The position numbers and the translations under genes were made by a program. A model generated the notes under the pieces. That model was not told the origin of the DNA. It saw nothing but the letters and a program-made list of their open reading frames with translations, and did no database searches. Source: Malacoraja senta (Eukaryota). Taken from it: a stretch of 64,000 nt of DNA. Shown piece by piece: positions 61,625 through 64,000 of this stretch. The stretch spans positions 5,334,001-5,398,000 of the forward strand of contig CM075996.1 of assembly GCA_038087875.1 (NCBI GenBank), in the 5' to 3' direction. The stretch's first letter is position 1; each line of letters opens with the position of its first letter.

Positions 61625-62522
61625 CAACTAATTATCTGCCTCATCTACTGGAATGGAAGTGCTCCCGATGTGGTCTCCTGCACATCAGCGATGCCAAGCG
61701 CAGACTTGACAACTGTTTCGCCGAACACGCGCTCGGTCCGCCAAGTCAAGTCAAGTCAAGTGAGTTTATTGTCAGGTGTCCCTGATAGGACAATGAAATT
61801 CTTGCTTCGCTTCAGCACAACAGAATATAGTAGGCATTGACTACAAAACAGATCAGTGTGTTCATATACCATAATATAAATATATACACACATGAATAAA
61901 TAAACTGATCAAGTGCAGAACAGATAATGGGTTATTAATAATCAGAGTTTTGTCCGAGCCAGGTTTAATAGCCTGATGGCTGTGGGGAAGTAGCTATTCC
62001 TGAACCTGGCCGTTGTAGTCTTCAGGCTCCTGTACCTTCTACCTGAAGGTAGCGGGGAGATGAGTGTGTGGCCAGGATGTTGTGGGTCATTGATGATACT
62101 GCCAGCCTTTTTGAGGCTGCGATAGATCCCCTCGATGGAAGGAAGGTCAGAGCCGATGATGGACTGGGCAGTGTTTAATACTTTTTGTGGTCTTTTCCTC
62201 TCCAGGGCGCTCAAGTTGCCGAACCAAGCCACGATCAGCAACCGGTCAGCATGCTCTCTACTGTGCACCTGTAGAAGTTAGAGAGAGTCCTCCTTGACAA
62301 ACCGACTCTCCGTAATCTTCTCAGGAAGTAGAGGCGCTGATGTGCTTTCTTGATAATTGCATCAGTGTTCTCGGACAAGGCCTGCTGGATCTCCCGATTG
62401 CTAACCATTTTATCTTACCTCCCCCATTCCCATGCCGACCTTTCTGTCCTGGGCCTCCTCCATTGCCAGATCGAGGTCACACGCATACTGGAGGAACAGC
62501 ACCTCATATTCTGCTTGGGTAG
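61625..62522 (+). mobile_element. Penelope-like GIY-YIG endonuclease remnant split by a minus-strand Rex1 3' fragment (about 61743-62372)
   Basis: CSRCGLLHISDAKRRLDNCFAEH before, and LPIANHF...HSHADLSVLGLLHCQ...LEEQHLIFCLGS after, the Rex1 piece (AWFGNLSALERK...PLPSGRRYRSLKTTTARFRNSYFP). Confidence 0.8.
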
Positions 62523-64000
62523 CTCTCAAAAAACACTTGCAAGTTAACAAAGATCAAACTCTGTAATAAGAGTTGCACAACATTTCGCAAGTCAGCTGGG
62601 CAGAGTTTTTGAAATACTGATTTAAAAAAAAACAACCACATTAGCTCCCCACCAAAGAGGAGTGGAATTTTCCATTACTGCATTCCAAGGATTTCCACTC
62701 CTGGCCAAAAGCTTTGCTCTTTTCATCACCACTGCTGCTAAACAAACACAACACTCCAGTACTCAGGGGCACATCCACACAGAAACAGCGACGGACCAGT
62801 TTGCTCTCATACTAATGTTCCATTCAACACGAACAACCACCATTTCTTCCGAGGAGATAATTATTCCTCAAATATTTCAGACTGAAGTTATCGCCAAGAC
62901 ACAGCATTTTTTTTATTAAGCTGCTATGTTAGAACATTCTGTGAGCAAAATCCATAGACACAAAGTGCTGGAGTAACTCAGCGGATCAGGAAGCATCCAT
63001 GGAGAACATGGATAATAGACAATAGACAATAGGTGCAGGAGTAGGCCATTCGGCCCTTCATGCCAGCACCGCCATTCAATGTGATCATGACTGATCATCC
63101 CCAATCAGTACTCCGTTCCCGCCTTCTCCCCATATCCCCTGAAAAGGCTATCTTTAAGAGCCCTATCTAGCTCTTGATAGGTAAGTGATGTTATCTAGAT
63201 AGGTGAGGCTCCAGGTCAGAACCCTTCTTCCTCAACTGCTAGAAGTCCATTGCTCCACAGAGCCTGTCATCAAAGTGAAGAGAGACACAAAAAACTGGAG
63301 TAACTCAGCGGGTCAGACAGCATCTTTGGAGAAAAGGAATAGGTGATGTTTCGGGTTGAGACCGTTCATCAGACTTGTCCTCAAAGTGGTCTTTTCTGCC
63401 TTGATGTCAAACTCCTTGCATTTTTTGAAGCCCAAAGCCGGTCATCCTCGTGATAACATTTTGCCCCTACATTGTCCATTCCGCGGCGTTTCTGGCTACC
63501 CAGAATTGACAGTCCTTTTCTTTATCGCCCTGTTTTCTCTCTCCCTCCCAAACGTGCCACTGTGGGAGGCTGCAACTCATGGAGAGAGATTAGGAAAACC
63601 GGCCCTATATGCCTGTTCAATGAACAGAAATGTCAAATAGTGCTGTTCAAAGTAGTTGGGGGTGTCTGCAATCATTAGCCAACTTTCTTCATTCAACCAA
63701 AACAAATTAAATGGTCATTCATTTGATTATGTACGTGGAACCTTGCCAGGTGCAAAGTGGTTGCCACAATCTTCGACATAACAGCTCAGAAAGCAATTAA
63801 CTGACTGAGATGCAGTCTGGGGCATTCTGATGACACAAGTAACACTATACAAATGGAATTATTTTCTCCTTTCCTTAACATAGTCAACATCGGAGAAATC
63901 AATTGTACAGCAGAGGAAGAGGATATCAGGCAGAACACACTGAGAAAATTTAATACTGAATCAAAGGGAGACTTGGCAAAATAGGTACTGTAGTTAACAA

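Overview
Vertebrate genomic DNA, most likely a cartilaginous fish (skate or ray), inferred from the repeats: V-domain tRNA-SINEs sharing tails with CR1-type LINEs, Deu-domain SINE relics and abundant Penelope-like pseudo-LTRs. Much of the window is interspersed repeat, and most ORFs in the supplied track are repeat artefacts. The only clearly recognisable protein-coding sequence is PHF5A (minus strand): its last two coding exons lie at 54453-54619 and 52706-52795, and the upstream exons were not found. A CpG-island promoter with a minus-strand non-coding first exon lies at about 21.0-21.6 kb, probably TOB2 by vertebrate synteny (inference), with a second ZNF143/NRF1 promoter-like module at about 19.9 kb. 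The strongest signal is a set of ribozyme-bearing retroelements. (i) A 142-bp non-autonomous element begins exactly at a complete minimal HDV-like ribozyme fold (47613-47666, minus). (ii) A 396-bp element with an 8-bp TSD starts with an Ingi/L1Tc-type HDV-like fold. (iii) Many Penelope-derived minimal hammerhead motifs occur, including a 4x83-bp tandem array. Also present: a CCA-ended tRNA-Leu retrocopy, a recent 1.24-kb tandem duplication, Harbinger-like and hAT/P-like MITEs, and a speculative decayed plus-strand Ig V-set receptor gene. Repeat boundaries are approximate unless a TSD or splice site is quoted; no database searches were run.
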